This document shows, in pieces, positions 1-11,592 of a stretch of DNA of 64,000 bases; within the stretch, counting starts at the first letter, position 1; every line of letters starts with the position of its first letter. A model generated the notes under the pieces. That model was given only the letters and a program-made list of their open reading frames with translations. It was not told the origin of the DNA and did no database searches. This DNA is from an uncultured delta proteobacterium (GTDB taxonomy: Bacteria; Desulfobacterota; Desulfomonilia; UBA1062). The position numbers and the translations under genes were made by a program. Location: assembly GCA_963785235.1 (NCBI GenBank), contig CAWAUM010000010.1:192001-256000 (forward strand), in the 5' to 3' direction.

Positions 1-87
1 ACTGTATCAGCTGAAGAGAATGCCAAGAAAAAGATCAAAAAAAATCTTGATACTGTTTTCGTAAAAGAACAAATATCTGCATCGTGA
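1..87 (+). CDS. Possible 3' end of a CDS entering from the left edge
   Basis: Open frame TVSAEENAKKKIKKNLDTVFVKEQISAS* ending in TGA at 85-87; too short to assign. Confidence 0.35.
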   Translation, partial: TVSAEENAKKKIKKNLDTVFVKEQISAS

Positions 88-197
88 AGTGACTTCCTCT
101 CGTTTTTTCCACATCAGGTATTATAAACCCTGATGCCTCTTCTCCGTTTACATGCATACCGTACTGTATTATGATAACGTCTTGAGGTTAACCCGCA

Positions 198-809
198 ATG
201 AATATTTCCGGAGAAACCCGACTGTGCCTCGTTATTGATGAAAACCAGTTGCACAATCTTTTTCTTATCCTGCAGTCCGGGTTCTTCCTGAAGATACAGG
301 TGGGCTGCTCCCTGAAGACATTCCTCATGGAGGAGATCGGACTAAGCCCGGAGTTTATCGAAGACAAAATACAAACCATCTTTCTCGACGGTCAACCGGT
401 GGATGACCTGGACTCTGCCATCGTCAAGGACGGTTCATCCCTGGCACTGTCTTCGGCCATGCCGGGACTTGTTGGGGCGGCCATGAGGCGGGGAGGCTTC
501 TACGGTGCGCTGAGGTCATCCATAACCTACAAGGAAAAAGGGGGACCGGATATGGTTCATGAAGGCACTGTCCAGATAAAGCTCTATAACCTTCTCATGA
601 AAGAACTGGGCGCCCTGTTTCTCATGAAAGGTATCTATTTATCTTCTTCAGATCTTGCAGGCTTCCTCTCTAATCAACCGGAATCTTTCTGGATGGCCTG
701 CAAGGGTATTTCCCTGGACGATGAGCCCCTTTCCGTGGATGATCTCTTAAAAGGCAGTGGCCTATCACAGCATGAAACGACATACCTTACCGTTCGAACC
801 AAAAACTAA
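198..809 (+). CDS. Hypothetical protein, possible beta-grasp (MoaD/ThiS-like) N-terminal region
   Basis: 203 aa ORF with GAGG upstream; segment IFLDGQPVDDLDSAIVKDGSSLALSSAMPG resembles sulfur-carrier folds. Confidence 0.6.
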   Translation: MNISGETRLCLVIDENQLHNLFLILQSGFFLKIQVGCSLKTFLMEEIGLSPEFIEDKIQTIFLDGQPVDDLDSAIVKDGSSLALSSAMPGLVGAAMRRGGFYGALRSSITYKEKGGPDMVHEGTVQIKLYNLLMKELGALFLMKGIYLSSSDLAGFLSNQPESFWMACKGISLDDEPLSVDDLLKGSGLSQHETTYLTVRTKN

Positions 810-914
810 AATAATGCAATAAAGAATCACCGCTGCAGGCAGCAAGGTATTTAAGACCTTGCAGTTTTGAATAGGCCATCCACAACAAGCTGCTTCGGAA
901 TTGACCCGACGTTA

Positions 915-2064
915 TTAGAATCCTTCCATGCGGGCGATTATCTCGCACATGACCTCATCCGCACCTGCGCCGATGGACATGATGCGGGAATCCCTGAAAT
1001 ACCGCGAGATGAGTGTCTCGTTCATGAAGCCCATACCCCCGAACATCTGCAGGCATCCGACTGGCGACCTCGGAGATCAGCTGGCCGGCACAGGAGTTTC
1101 CCCATGGATATTTCCCGGGTGACATCGAGGCCTTGCATCTTCATGCGTACGATATGGTAGGTCAGCTGTTTCAGGCTTTCATTCCTGGTGAGCCAGCCCA
1201 GCCAGGCGGTGCCGCAGCACCTGCTTGGTGATGAGGGGTTTACCGAACACGATGCGCTGCCTGAGGTAGTCCACCGTCATGTCGATCATGTCCTGCACGC
1301 TCACGTAGGTGCCGGGCAGCACGGCGAACCGTTCGTGCTGGAACTGCTTCATCTGGTAGATGAATCCCTCTCCCTCAGTGCCGATGAGGTTTTCCGCCGG
1401 CACCTGGACGTTGTCGAAGAAGAGCTCTGCCGTATCGCTGCTCCTGCAGGCCCACCTTGTCGAGCTTCTTGCTCACGGAAAACCCGGGGAGATCGGTGGG
1501 CACCACGAAGAGACTGAAGGAATGATACCCCGGCTCATCCCCGGTACGCGCCAGGAGGGTGAGGAAATCCGCCTGGGTCCCGTTGGTGATGAATGTCTTG
1601 GAGCCGTTGAGGATATACGCTGTCGCCTTTCTTGACCGCCCGCGTCCTGAGGGCAGAGACATCGGAGCCGGCATCGGGCTCGGTGACCGCAATGGCCGAT
1701 CACCAGGTCGCCCGCGATGGCTCGCCTTCAGGTATGTTTCTTTCAGGTACTCGCTCCCGAAGGCGGCAATGGCCGGTGTAGCCATGTTTGTCTGGACGGC
1801 GATGGCGGTGAAAACCCCCATGCCCTTGATATGCCCGATCTCCTCGAGCAGGACGGTCTCGTACCAGTAATCAAGCCCCTGGCCTCCGTACTTCGGGTAT
1901 CATACCGGATGCCCAGGAATCCGAGATCTCCCATCTTCTTGAAGAGATCATGGAGCGGGACGGTCTTTTCCTCCCATTCGTCGATGATGGGGATTAATCT
2001 CCTTGTCGATGAATCGCTTGATCGGATCTCCCGGAACGCTCTCATGCGTCTCGTTGAAATACAT
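915..2064 (-). CDS. Acyl-CoA dehydrogenase (AtuD/citronellyl-CoA dehydrogenase-like), several frameshifts
   Basis: GGAGG then ATG (MYFNETHE); fragments YILNGSKTFITNG, ENLIGTEGEGFIYQMKQFQHER, CLQMFGGMGFMNETLISRYFRDSRIMSIGAGADEVM in different frames. Confidence 0.85.
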
Positions 2065-2078
2065 GGTGCCCTCCTTTT

Positions 2079-2204
2079 TCAGGAACGGATTATCGATTCG
2101 GGCAGCTCAATAATTCGTGCCCTCAGGTACTCGCCAAGGGTCTTTGCTTGGGCATCCATGCGCAGGGATGCCGCCGCGCCTTCGCCCAGGATACCCCTGA
2201 GGTA
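2079..2204 (-). pseudogene. Orphan 3' stub of a second AtuA-like gene
   Basis: Translates YLRGILGEGAAASLRMDAQAKTLGEYLRARIIELPESIIRS*, 31/41 aa identical to the C-terminus at 2264-2389. Confidence 0.85.
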
Positions 2205-2263
2205 GCATGAGTATAGCCTTCAATCTCTCTGGGACATCAATCCCTTACAGATTGCTGCACCTA

Positions 2264-4048
2264 TCAGGCAGGCACTATGGATTCAGGCATCTCCACAAGG
2301 CGAGCCCGCAGATATTCGCCCAGGGTCTTTGCCTGGGGGTCCATGCGGAAAGAAGCTGCGGCGCCCTCCCCCAGGATACCCTTGATATAGAAGTTCACTG
2401 CCAGCAGATTGGGCAGTTCGTAACGGTCGATTTCATAGTCCTTCAGGTCTCTGAGCAGTTCCTTTAGTTGTTCGTGGTCAGAAACTTCTTAAGAAAGGCA
2501 TAGGCTTCGGGTGTTTTTGCCCACACCCCAAGGTTGGCATTGCCCCCCTTGTCGCCCGAGCGGGTTGCAAACACCCGTCCGAATGGTACACGGCTAGTCT
2601 TGCCACCGGGTGCTGCAGGGACATCCATTGCGAGGGGCTTGGGTGCCAAGAACCCTTGAACAGGCTTCACGCACTCCACGGTGAATTCCTTGTTCTCCAC
2701 TACTACCTTCTGGTGAATCCGGCTGTTGGAAACAAGTGCCGGCCAGTACACTATTGCCGGGCGTCCCCTTGGCAGGCGGCGCCGTACCGGTAAAGCCCGG
2801 GATATTGGCAAGGGCAAGCTCCACGATCTTGGACGAGATCTTGTCCACCTTTTTCTGGTCCGGGTCGAGGACAGTGATACGCAGATATGCGAAGGCCTCC
2901 TCATTTGTATCAGGGTTATCCTTGTTGGACCGGATAAGCTGGATCTCGGCCTTCAGAAACTGCCCTTTTCCCCCGATGGCATCGAAAAGTGCCTCTTCAA
3001 GGATGCGGGCCTTCTTATCGATGTCCAGTCCGGTAAGGATCACGGTCATGGAGTTACGATAGCCGCCCAAGGTGTTGATGCAGACCTTGGAGGTAGTGGT
3101 TGGCGGTTCCCCCTTGACGCCCTCCACCTGAACGCGGTCAGGACCTTGCCTGGGAGATCTTATGGTGTCGAAGCGGGCCACCATGTCAGGGGTCAGATAG
3201 CGTGGATCGCTGATCTCATAGAGGAGCTGAGCCTTGACCGTATCCACCGAAACGAGCCCGCCGGTTCCCGGATGCTTGGTGATGACGAACGAACCGTCAT
3301 CATGGATCTCGGCAATGGGGAAGCCCACCTTCTTGAAGCTCGGGACCTCATCGATAAAGGAATAGTTGCCGCCGGTGGCCTGGGCCCCGCACTCGATGAT
3401 GTGCCCGGCAGTTGTTGCGCCGGCAAGCCTGTCCCATTCATCGGGCTTCCAGCCGTGCCACCAGGCCGCGGGGCCGACAACAAGCGAGGCATCGGCAATG
3501 CGACCACCAACCACTATGTCTGCACCCTCTTCAAGGGCCTTTACGATTCCCCAGCACCCCAGGTAGGCATTTGCGGATATGACGATGGCCTTGGAGTCTT
3601 TCAGCGCGATGCCCTTGTCCAGGTGGGTTAAATCCTCACCGGATGCCTGGAGTTCAGCGAGGCGGGACATGAGATCATCCCCCTCGATATAGGCTATTTT
3701 CGGGTGCAGGCCCAGTTCGCCTGCGATGCGCATCAATTCGGCGGCCAGCCCCTTGGGATTCAGTCCGCCTGCATTCGATACCACACGGATTTTCTTATCA
3801 AGGCATTCACCCATGATCTGTTCCATCTGCCTTAAAAAGGTCGAGGCATAGCCGGCATTCGGATCCTTCATCTTGGTCCTGAAGAGGATAGCCATGGTCA
3901 GCTCTGCAAGGTAATCACCCGTGAGAAAATCAATGGGCCCGCCCTGCACCATCTCTCTGGCAGCACTCAATCGGTCGCCGAAGAATCCGCTGCAATTGGC
4001 TATTATGACCTTGTCCCTTTTATTGAAATCATTCACACCCATGGACAT
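2264..4048 (-). CDS. atuA: Acyclic terpene utilization AtuA-family protein, frameshifted near 2760 and 2460
   Basis: IANCSGFFGDR, DFLTGDYLAELTM, GHIIECGAQATGGNY, RSGDKGGNANLGVW, C-terminal RMDPQAKTLGEYLR. Confidence 0.85.
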
Positions 4049-4054
4049 CCTCCT

Positions 4055-4831
4055 TCATTTCCCTTTAAAAACCGGCTGCCGCTTCTCGATAAACGCCGTA
4101 ATGCCTTCCAGGGCGTCCTCGGTGGAGGCCACCTCGGCAATCTTTCCCGATAGGTAGTCCAGGGCATCTTCCAGCTCCATGTTTTCAGCTGCATGGAAGG
4201 CCTCCTTACCGATCTTCATGCCGATGGGGCTCTTGGCTGTGAGGCTTTTCAAGACTGCGTCAACTGCACTGTCCAGTTCCCCTGCAGGTACGACCCTTGT
4301 GATCAGGCCCATGGCAAGTGCATCGACAGCCTTGATCCTCTCTGCCAGCAGGATCATCTCCATGGCCTTTTTCCTCGGAATGTTCCGGAATATAAGGGCA
4401 CCTATCATCATGGGCCACAGGCCGACATTGACCTCGGGCGTGCCGAACTGGGAGTCGTCGCTTGCGATCACCATGTCGCAGGCGAGCATGAAACCCATTC
4501 CCCCTGCCAGGCAAAAACCCTTTACGCGGGCAACAGTAGGCTTGGGAAAGGAGGTGAGTCGTTTCAGCAGCTGCGCATAACCGGCAAACACCTTCTTGCC
4601 TTCTGTGGATAAGCTGTCTCCCAACTGGGCCCCTGTGCAGAAGGCCTTGTCCCCGGCACCGGTGACCAGGAGGGCACGGACATCCGCATCTTTGTCTGCC
4701 CTGTCCAGATATTCAAGAAAAAGATGTATGGCCTCCGGGGTAATGGCGTTCCGTTGCTGCTCGCGGTTTATCGTGATACGGGCTACATTGTTTTCTACAC
4801 TATAGAGAAGGTGTTCATCCGGCATGTGCAC
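4055..4831 (-). CDS. Enoyl-CoA hydratase/isomerase (crotonase family)
   Basis: AFCTGAQL, GFCLAGGMGFMLACD, FGTPEVNVGL, EGITAFIEKRQP. Confidence 0.92.
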   Translation of the reverse strand: MHMPDEHLLYSVENNVARITINREQQRNAITPEAIHLFLEYLDRADKDADVRALLVTGAGDKAFCTGAQLGDSLSTEGKKVFAGYAQLLKRLTSFPKPTVARVKGFCLAGGMGFMLACDMVIASDDSQFGTPEVNVGLWPMMIGALIFRNIPRKKAMEMILLAERIKAVDALAMGLITRVVPAGELDSAVDAVLKSLTAKSPIGMKIGKEAFHAAENMELEDALDYLSGKIAEVASTEDALEGITAFIEKRQPVFKGK

Positions 4832-4871
4832 GTCCTCCCTCTGACGGGTCTCACTTATTTAAAAACCCTTT

Positions 4872-4917
4872 CTGAACAATATCATCATCTCACGAGTGAG
4901 ATGATGATATTGTTCAG
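4872..4917. repeat. Perfect 22-bp inverted repeat (intergenic palindrome family)
   Basis: ctgaacaatatcatcatctcac-ga-gtgagatgatgatattgttcag. Confidence 0.9.
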
Positions 4918-4936
4918 GCCAATTTTTTTCTACCCT

Positions 4937-5460
4937 CTATTCTACTTCCGTTCTTTCTTCTACGGCCTTTTCAATATCAACAAGGACCTGTCCGGGCATG
5001 ACCTTTTCACCCTCGGCGACATTTACCTTCATCACCTTACCGGTAAATGGAGCCTGGAGTGTCGTCTCCATCTTCATGGCAGAAACAACCACGATACCCT
5101 GGCCCTTTTTCACTTCATCGCCTTCAGTTGTCATGATGCGCACCACCACCGATGGCATGGGTGGGGTGACCACCTGGGGCAGTTCCTTCAGCGACGACCT
5201 TTTCAGGCCGATTTGGGCCAGGGCATCGGCGTCCTGGACCAGATAGGTGATGCCGCACACATTGATGAGCTTGCCCTCCTGATTATCTGTAAGATAGGCG
5301 TTGATCCCGATGCCATCAACTTCGAGATGGATCTGGTTTGCTGATATGATGCGGAACCCCACCATGACATCCCTGCCATTGATCGTGGCTTTGATGATGT
5401 TATCGGTAAGGTCGGCATTGATGGGAAGTCCTGCCCGGCAATTCGTAAGGTATAGTTCAT
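4937..5460 (-). CDS. Biotin carboxyl carrier subunit with N-terminal BT-like domain, one frameshift
   Basis: SAMKME biotinylation motif; N-terminus MNYTLRIAGQDFP in another frame. Confidence 0.88.
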
Positions 5461-5492
5461 GTCATGTCTCCGTTCTGAGTCCTTGCTTGCAC

Positions 5493-6981
5493 CTAGGGCC
5501 GGTAATTACCAAGGGTCATCCATGGCGAAAAGGTATCGGTATCTGCATGAGCAACAGTTGAAGGCCTCCTGCGGTTCGCCATCTCATCCACCAGGTATGC
5601 CAGGGCCACCAGGTCAGTGCCTTTGATGGATGGCAGCCAGTTCTCAAAATGGGTCTGGATAAAATCGGTGTAGGTCTCACCCCTGGCGAATGCATCCGAT
5701 GACAGGATGTCCACGAGGAACGGGATGGGGGTCAATACACCCAAGATCACATAGTCCTTCAAGGCCCTGATCATGCGGCATATGCAATCTTGTCTGTTGC
5801 CCGCATGAACGATCAGCTTGGAAAGGATGGGGTCATACTCCATGGGCACCGTGTAACCCGAATATATGCCTGAGTCATTCCTGATGCCAGGCCCGTGCGG
5901 CTCCTTGACAAACTGGATCTTTCCCGAAGAAGGCATGAAGGCGTTCAAGGGGTCTTCCGCATAGATGCGGCACTCAATGGCATGGCCTTGCCCTCTGATA
6001 TCCGACTGGGAGAGCCTTAAAAAGTTGCCTGCCGCGATCTCGATCTGCGCACGCACCAGGTCGATGCCCGTGATCATCTCGGTGATGGGGTGCTCCACCT
6101 GGAGGCGGGTGTTGACCTCGAGGAAATAGAAGCGGTTGTCCTGGTCAAGCAGGAACTCCACGGTCCCGGCATTCACATAGCCCGCAGCCTTTGCTGCAGC
6201 CACGGCAGCCTTGCCCATTTCGTCCCTGAGCTCAGGCGTCATGGCAGGAGACGGCGTCTCCTCGATGATCTTCTGGTGGCGGCGCTGGATGGAGCATTCC
6301 CGCTCAAGCAGATGGATCACATTCCCATGGGTATCGGCCAATACCTGGAATTCCACGTGCCGTGGCCTCTCAAGATACTTCTCCAGGTAGATATCACCGT
6401 TTCCGAAGGCGCTCCTGGCCTCCCTTGATGCTGATATACAGGCATCCTTGAACTCGGATTGAGTCCCAACTACCCTCATGCCCTTGCCGCCGCCGCCTGC
6501 TGCAGCCTTGATAAGGACCGGGTAGCCGATATTGCGGGCCTCTCGGGCAAGCACATCGACATCGGCCTCCGGCTGCATCATGCCGGGAATGACAGGTACA
6601 CCGCTGTTCATCATGGTCCTGCGTGCCACAGTTTTGTCGCCAAGATCCCTGATGGCCTTTGCAGGAGGCCCGATGAAAACGAGCCCCTCCTGTGAGCATC
6701 GCAGAGCAAATTGGGCGTTCTCAGCCAGGAACCCGTAGCCCGGGTGGATGGCCTGTGCCCCTGTCTGCTTGGCTGCAGCAATGATCTTGTCCATATTGAG
6801 GTAACTCTCGGTCGGCTCCGAAGAACCCAGGCTGACGAGCCTGGTCGGCCTCAAGGACATGAAGTGCATCACGGTCCACTTCGGAATGGACGGCCACGGT
6901 CTGAATGCCCATCTCTCGGCATGTGGCTATGATTCGTACAGCTATCTCGCCCCGGTTTGCGATGAGTATCTTGTCAAACAT
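5493..6981 (-). CDS. Biotin carboxylase subunit of acyl-CoA carboxylase, frameshift near 6850
   Basis: [59 protein letters not shown]. Confidence 0.93.
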
Positions 6982-7020
6982 CTGCGTTTTCCCCTGTGTT
7001 AGTGTTCTTTCTTTTATTGG

Positions 7021-7074
7021 CCTGTGCGTTTTCATCAACTTCGTCTTTTCGCGAAGTTGATGAAAACACACAGG
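7021..7074. repeat. 23-bp inverted repeat (1 mismatch), 8-nt loop
   Basis: cctgtgcgttttcatcaacttcg-tcttttcg-cgaagttgatgaaaacacacagg. Confidence 0.9.
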
Positions 7075-7144
7075 AACAGTTTTCTGCCATCGTTGTACTG
7101 CCTCCAAATATACAGACCGACTGCAATCATTGTTCTCCATTTTG

Positions 7145-7198
7145 CCTGTGTATTTTGAATGACTTCCGAAAAGATGGAAGTCATTCAAAATACACAGG
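7145..7198. repeat. Perfect 23-bp inverted repeat, 8-nt loop
   Basis: cctgtgtattttgaatgacttcc-gaaaagat-ggaagtcattcaaaatacacagg. Confidence 0.9.
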
Positions 7199-7305
7199 GG
7201 TATAATAGACTTCTTAAAAGTGCCTCTTTCTATGAAATACAATGCCTAAGTGTTTCAGAGGCCTGTGCGTTCTACCCTTAAAAAAACCCCTGCCTTCATC
7301 ACCGC

Positions 7306-8923
7306 TCACATCCTGAAAATCCCGAAGCCCGTCACATCATCCCGGATCGGGGCATTCAATGCGGCAGAGATGGCAAGCCCGAGGACATTGCGCGTGTCTG
7401 CCGGGTCGAGGATTCCGTCGTCCCACAGGTTCGACGTGCTGTAGTACGCGTCACCCTGCATCTTGGCAGCCTCCACAATGGGCTTCCGGATGGCGTCCTC
7501 TTCTTCTGATGTCATGGGAGGAAGCCCTGCCTTGACGTTCTGGTCGTTCTTCAGGGTGATGAGCACCCCGGCTGCCTGCTCGCCACCCATGACCCCGATC
7601 TGTGCATTTGGCCACATCCACAGGAACCGCGGCGAATAGGCCCTGCCGCACATCCCGTAGTTGCCGGCACCGAATGATGCCCCAACAATGACCGTAAACT
7701 TGGGGACCGTGCAGGTGGAAACGGCATTCACCATCTTGTGCCCGTCCTTGGTGATGCCCTGCCGCTCATACTGCCTGCCGATGATGTAGCCGTTTATGTT
7801 CTGCAGGAACACCAGCGGTATCCCCCTGCGGTCGCAGAGCTGGATAAACTGGGTGGCCTTGAGTGCGCTGTCCGAAAACAATATGCCGTTATTCCCGAGT
7901 ATCCCCACCGGGTATCCGTGGATAGAGGCGAACCCGCACACGAGCGTTGGCCCGTAGAGCTCCTTGAACTCCAGGAACTCGCTGGCATCCACCATGCGTG
8001 CAATGATCTCCCTGCAATCGTAAGGCACTCTTCAGGTCCCTGCTCACGATCCCGTAGATCTCTTTTGCATCATAGACCGGCGGTTTGGGATCGCGCATGG
8101 TGAGCCTGGCCTTCTCGTTCTTGGGCAGATTCTTTACAATCTTGCGCACAATGGAAACGGCATGGGCGTCGTCCTGGGCAAAATAGTCCGAAACACCCGA
8201 CTCGATGCAGTGCACCTCGGCGCCGCCGAGCTGATCTGCGGTCACCTCTTCTCCCGTGGCAGCCTTGACAAGCGGCGGACCTCCCAGGAATATGGCGCCC
8301 GTGCCCTTCACGTGCACCACCTCGTCGGACATGGCGGGCACATACGCGCCCCCTGCCGTACACAACCCCATGACTGCGGTGATCTGAGGGATACCCATCT
8401 TGGAGATGACTGCCTGATTATAGAAAATCCTGCCGCCGTCATCGATGTCCGGAAAGATCTCCGACTGCATGGGCAGGTATGCCCCGGCAGAATCGAGCAG
8501 GTTGACCATGGGCAAACGGTTCTCCATGCAGATGGACTGGCAGCGCAGGTTCTTCTTGACCCCCATGGGGTAGACCGCCCCGCCCTTGATCATGGCGTCA
8601 CTTGCGACCACCAGCACCTCATGGCCTTCCACTATGCCTATGCCTGTCACAAGCCCGGCAGCATGGACCCGGCCGTCGTACATGCCCCTGGCGGCCATTG
8701 GCGCAATCTCCAGAAACGGGGTGTTCCTGTCAAGGAGAAGGTCGAGCTTTTTGCGCACCGGCATTTTGCCCTGGGCAGCCAGACGGTCGATATCCTTGGC
8801 TGGACGCTCCTCCCTGGCCTTTTTCAGCTCGGCCTTGAGGTCCGCCACCAGTGCATCCATGGCCTCGTAGTTCTTCTTGTATTCCTCAGAGTTGGTATCG
8901 ATTCTGGTCTCTATAACATCCAT
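7306..8923 (-). CDS. Carboxyltransferase (methylcrotonyl/geranyl-CoA carboxylase beta-like), frameshift near 8030
   Basis: [58 protein letters not shown]. Confidence 0.92.
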
Positions 8924-9005
8924 AATCTCGTCCTTATGTCTTTGATTGGTAGCTATTATTCTACTGATCCTGACCGCTCATATGACATATCTGTTTTTTA
9001 ATCGG

Positions 9006-9055
9006 ACCATTCAAATTCATCATCTGCCAGGTGGCAGATGATGAATTTGAATGGT
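9006..9055. repeat. Perfect 24-bp inverted repeat
   Basis: accattcaaattcatcatctgcca-gg-tggcagatgatgaatttgaatggt. Confidence 0.9.
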
Positions 9056-9083
9056 TATATTTTCTCTCCCGTTACGACCTGCT

Positions 9084-10244
9084 CTACGCCTCGACAAACC
9101 TGTCCAGTTCCGCCTTTGCAATCAATGCCCTCTGCATCTCGGAGGTGCCTTCACAGATCTCTCCGAACTTGGCATCCCGGTAGATCCGTTCCATATCGCT
9201 ACCTGCAAGGTACCCATGCCCGGCAAAGATCTGCATGCCCCAGTTTGCTATCTTGGTTGCGGCCTCGCTGGCAAAAAGCTTTGCACTCGCCGCCAGCACC
9301 TGTGCCCCGTGTTCCGAGGTGTTGAACGCCCAGGCGGCCCTCATTGCAAGCATTCTCCCCAGGTCGTTGTAGGCGAACATGTCCGCAAGCTTGAAACCCA
9401 CATCCTGGTACATGCCGATGCGCCTGCCAAAGGCTGTCCTTGCCTTTGCATGGGCAGTTGAAATCTCCATGCAGGCCATACCAATTCCAACACACAGTGC
9501 CGCGATCCCCACCGTTCCCATGGTCAGTATGCGATCAAGTTGTTCACGGCCTTTTCCCGGTTCACTCCCCAAGACCCCTGATGCAGTACAATCACTCATG
9601 GCAACGGCAGCAATAGGAGCGCCCCGCAAACCCATAGTCTCGATGGGCTCCCCGATCATTAAGCCAACAGAATCTTTTTCAACAATAAAGATACCCATGC
9701 CACGCTCGGCGCCGGCATCTTTATCGTGATATGCAAGCACAAGCAGGACATCGGCTATGGGCGCGTTCACCACGATATCCTTTTTGCCGTTGATAACCCA
9801 CTTGTCATCGACCTTGCGTGCGACTGCAGCGATACCCTCTGTGTCCGAACCGGCCTGTTCTTCAGAGTGCGCAAAGGCGCCCACTATTTCAGCGTTCAAA
9901 AGAGCTGGGAGATACCGAAGTTTCTGCTCGGATGTTCCGAACAACTTCAATGCTCCGGCACACAAAAAGGCGCTTGCACGTGCGCTCAGGTACGTGGCCG
10001 GGCAGGCCTTTGCCATCTCTTCACCCGCAAGATAGAGTGCGATAAGGTCCAGGCAGTCTCCGGTGTGCCCTGCCTCCAGAACGCCCCCATTGGCGAGCAG
10101 TTTCAGGTTCTCCTTCATATACGTGCATGCGTCCCTTCGGGAGGAACAATCGAGCATCTTCGCCCTGGGCGAAATTTCATTCCGGCAGAACACGGAGATG
10201 TCCTGCTGCAGTTTCACTTCCTGTGGAGAAAGCTGGTAATCCAT
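9084..10244 (-). CDS. Acyl-CoA dehydrogenase
   Basis: AFAHSEEQAGSD, WVINGKK, ERIYRDAKFGEICEGTSEMQR. Confidence 0.92.
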   Translation of the reverse strand: MDYQLSPQEVKLQQDISVFCRNEISPRAKMLDCSSRRDACTYMKENLKLLANGGVLEAGHTGDCLDLIALYLAGEEMAKACPATYLSARASAFLCAGALKLFGTSEQKLRYLPALLNAEIVGAFAHSEEQAGSDTEGIAAVARKVDDKWVINGKKDIVVNAPIADVLLVLAYHDKDAGAERGMGIFIVEKDSVGLMIGEPIETMGLRGAPIAAVAMSDCTASGVLGSEPGKGREQLDRILTMGTVGIAALCVGIGMACMEISTAHAKARTAFGRRIGMYQDVGFKLADMFAYNDLGRMLAMRAAWAFNTSEHGAQVLAASAKLFASEAATKIANWGMQIFAGHGYLAGSDMERIYRDAKFGEICEGTSEMQRALIAKAELDRFVEA

Positions 10245-10263
10245 TCGTTCACCCCCTGTCCTT

Positions 10264-11412
10264 TTACATCATCATGATACGGGACACGATCATGCGCATG
10301 ATATCCGATGTTCCCCCGCCGATGGCCGCCAGTTTCGAATCGCGGAAATTCCTCTCCACCGGGTACTCGTGCATGAAGCCGTAGCCACCGAAGACCTGGA
10401 CTGCTTCCGATGCCATCTCGAAGCCGCGATCGCCTGCATAAACTTTGCTTACAGCCGCCTGCAAGGGGTTGAGCATCTGGCCTTTGTCCTTGGCTGAGGC
10501 GACCCGGTAAATGGCGAGCCTTGCCGCCTCGATGAAGACCTTCATATCTGCTATCCGGTGTGAGATGGCCTGGAAGTTCCTGATAGGGCGGCCGAACTGG
10601 TGACGCTGGTTGGCATAGCGGGCACATGAATCAAGATTATTGAGTGCAGCGCCCAGCATGGGAGACAACAGCGTACAGCGGTCCCACTCTACACCGGACA
10701 GCGCAATGATCCAGCCCTTCCCTTCTCCTCCCAGCACATTCTCTTCAGGGACCTCACAATCTTCGAAAAACACCTCGGAGGTTGAAGAGCACTTGCATCC
10801 CATTTTGTGGAAGGGCTTGCTCGTAGATAATCCCGGGGTGCCCTTCTCCACGATAAAGGCCGTGATGCCTTCGTGTTTCTTCGACCGGTCCACATTGGCA
10901 AACACCACAAAGACATCCGCCACCGGGGCATTGGTGATGAAGGTCTTGGAGCCGTTGATCACATATCTGTCGTGCTTTTTCATTGCCGTAGTGGATATGG
11001 ATGCGGCGTCCGACCCGGAACCAGGCTCGGTGAGGCCCATGCACCCGATCCACTCGCCGCTTACGAGCTTCGGTACATATTTTCTTTTCTGCTCATGGGT
11101 TCCGAAATCCAGGATATTATGGGCGCACAGATAGGTGTGAGCCCCCCACGCGAGCAGGCTACCGCCGTCAACACCCGCATGTCCCAGGGCCTCACCTGCC
11201 AGGCAGCAGGTGACGATGTCGGCCCCGGACCCACCCAGATCCTCAGGAATGGCCAGCCCCAAAATGCCGAAAGAGGCCAGTTTTCTCCAGATCTCGAAGC
11301 TGAACTCGCCCCTGAGGTCGGCCTCTTCGCATAGGGGGGCAATTTCGCCCTTTCCATAGCGATAGACGGAATCCCGGAACATCTTCTGTTCGTCGGTAAG
11401 ATAAAAATCCAT
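10264..11412 (-). CDS. Acyl-CoA dehydrogenase (isovaleryl-CoA dehydrogenase-like)
   Basis: GCMGLTEPGSGSD, YVINGSKTFITNAP, FRDSKLAAIGGGTSDIMR. Confidence 0.93.
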   Translation of the reverse strand: MDFYLTDEQKMFRDSVYRYGKGEIAPLCEEADLRGEFSFEIWRKLASFGILGLAIPEDLGGSGADIVTCCLAGEALGHAGVDGGSLLAWGAHTYLCAHNILDFGTHEQKRKYVPKLVSGEWIGCMGLTEPGSGSDAASISTTAMKKHDRYVINGSKTFITNAPVADVFVVFANVDRSKKHEGITAFIVEKGTPGLSTSKPFHKMGCKCSSTSEVFFEDCEVPEENVLGGEGKGWIIALSGVEWDRCTLLSPMLGAALNNLDSCARYANQRHQFGRPIRNFQAISHRIADMKVFIEAARLAIYRVASAKDKGQMLNPLQAAVSKVYAGDRGFEMASEAVQVFGGYGFMHEYPVERNFRDSKLAAIGGGTSDIMRMIVSRIMMM

Positions 11413-11592
11413 TGACAACCCCCCTTTGGATCAGCAGGGACATCTCATGAATGCATGCGGCGATACCTGTTTAAGAGAACTCTTGAAGCACGGGTTTTCA
11501 TAAGATGCTTTTCAAGGAAACCGCGCAATCAATCAAAACCGCCCGCTGAACGTCTGCATGTTTTTCATGTGCAGTATTACTTGAAGTTTATT

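Noticed and set aside
2726-3631. Long antisense ORFs (also 8162-9001, 26274-26945, 28840-29826 and others)
   Set aside because: Shadow frames of recognisable genes in GC-rich DNA with no motifs of their own.
7021-7198. Twin hairpins as a mini-CRISPR or integron attC sites
   Set aside because: The repeats are not identical, lack RYYYAAC/GTTRRRY ends and extrahelical bases, and no integrase or cas gene is present.
6721-7242. 173-aa ORF spanning the hairpin region
   Set aside because: It is intergenic read-through joined to the true biotin carboxylase N-terminus starting at 6981.
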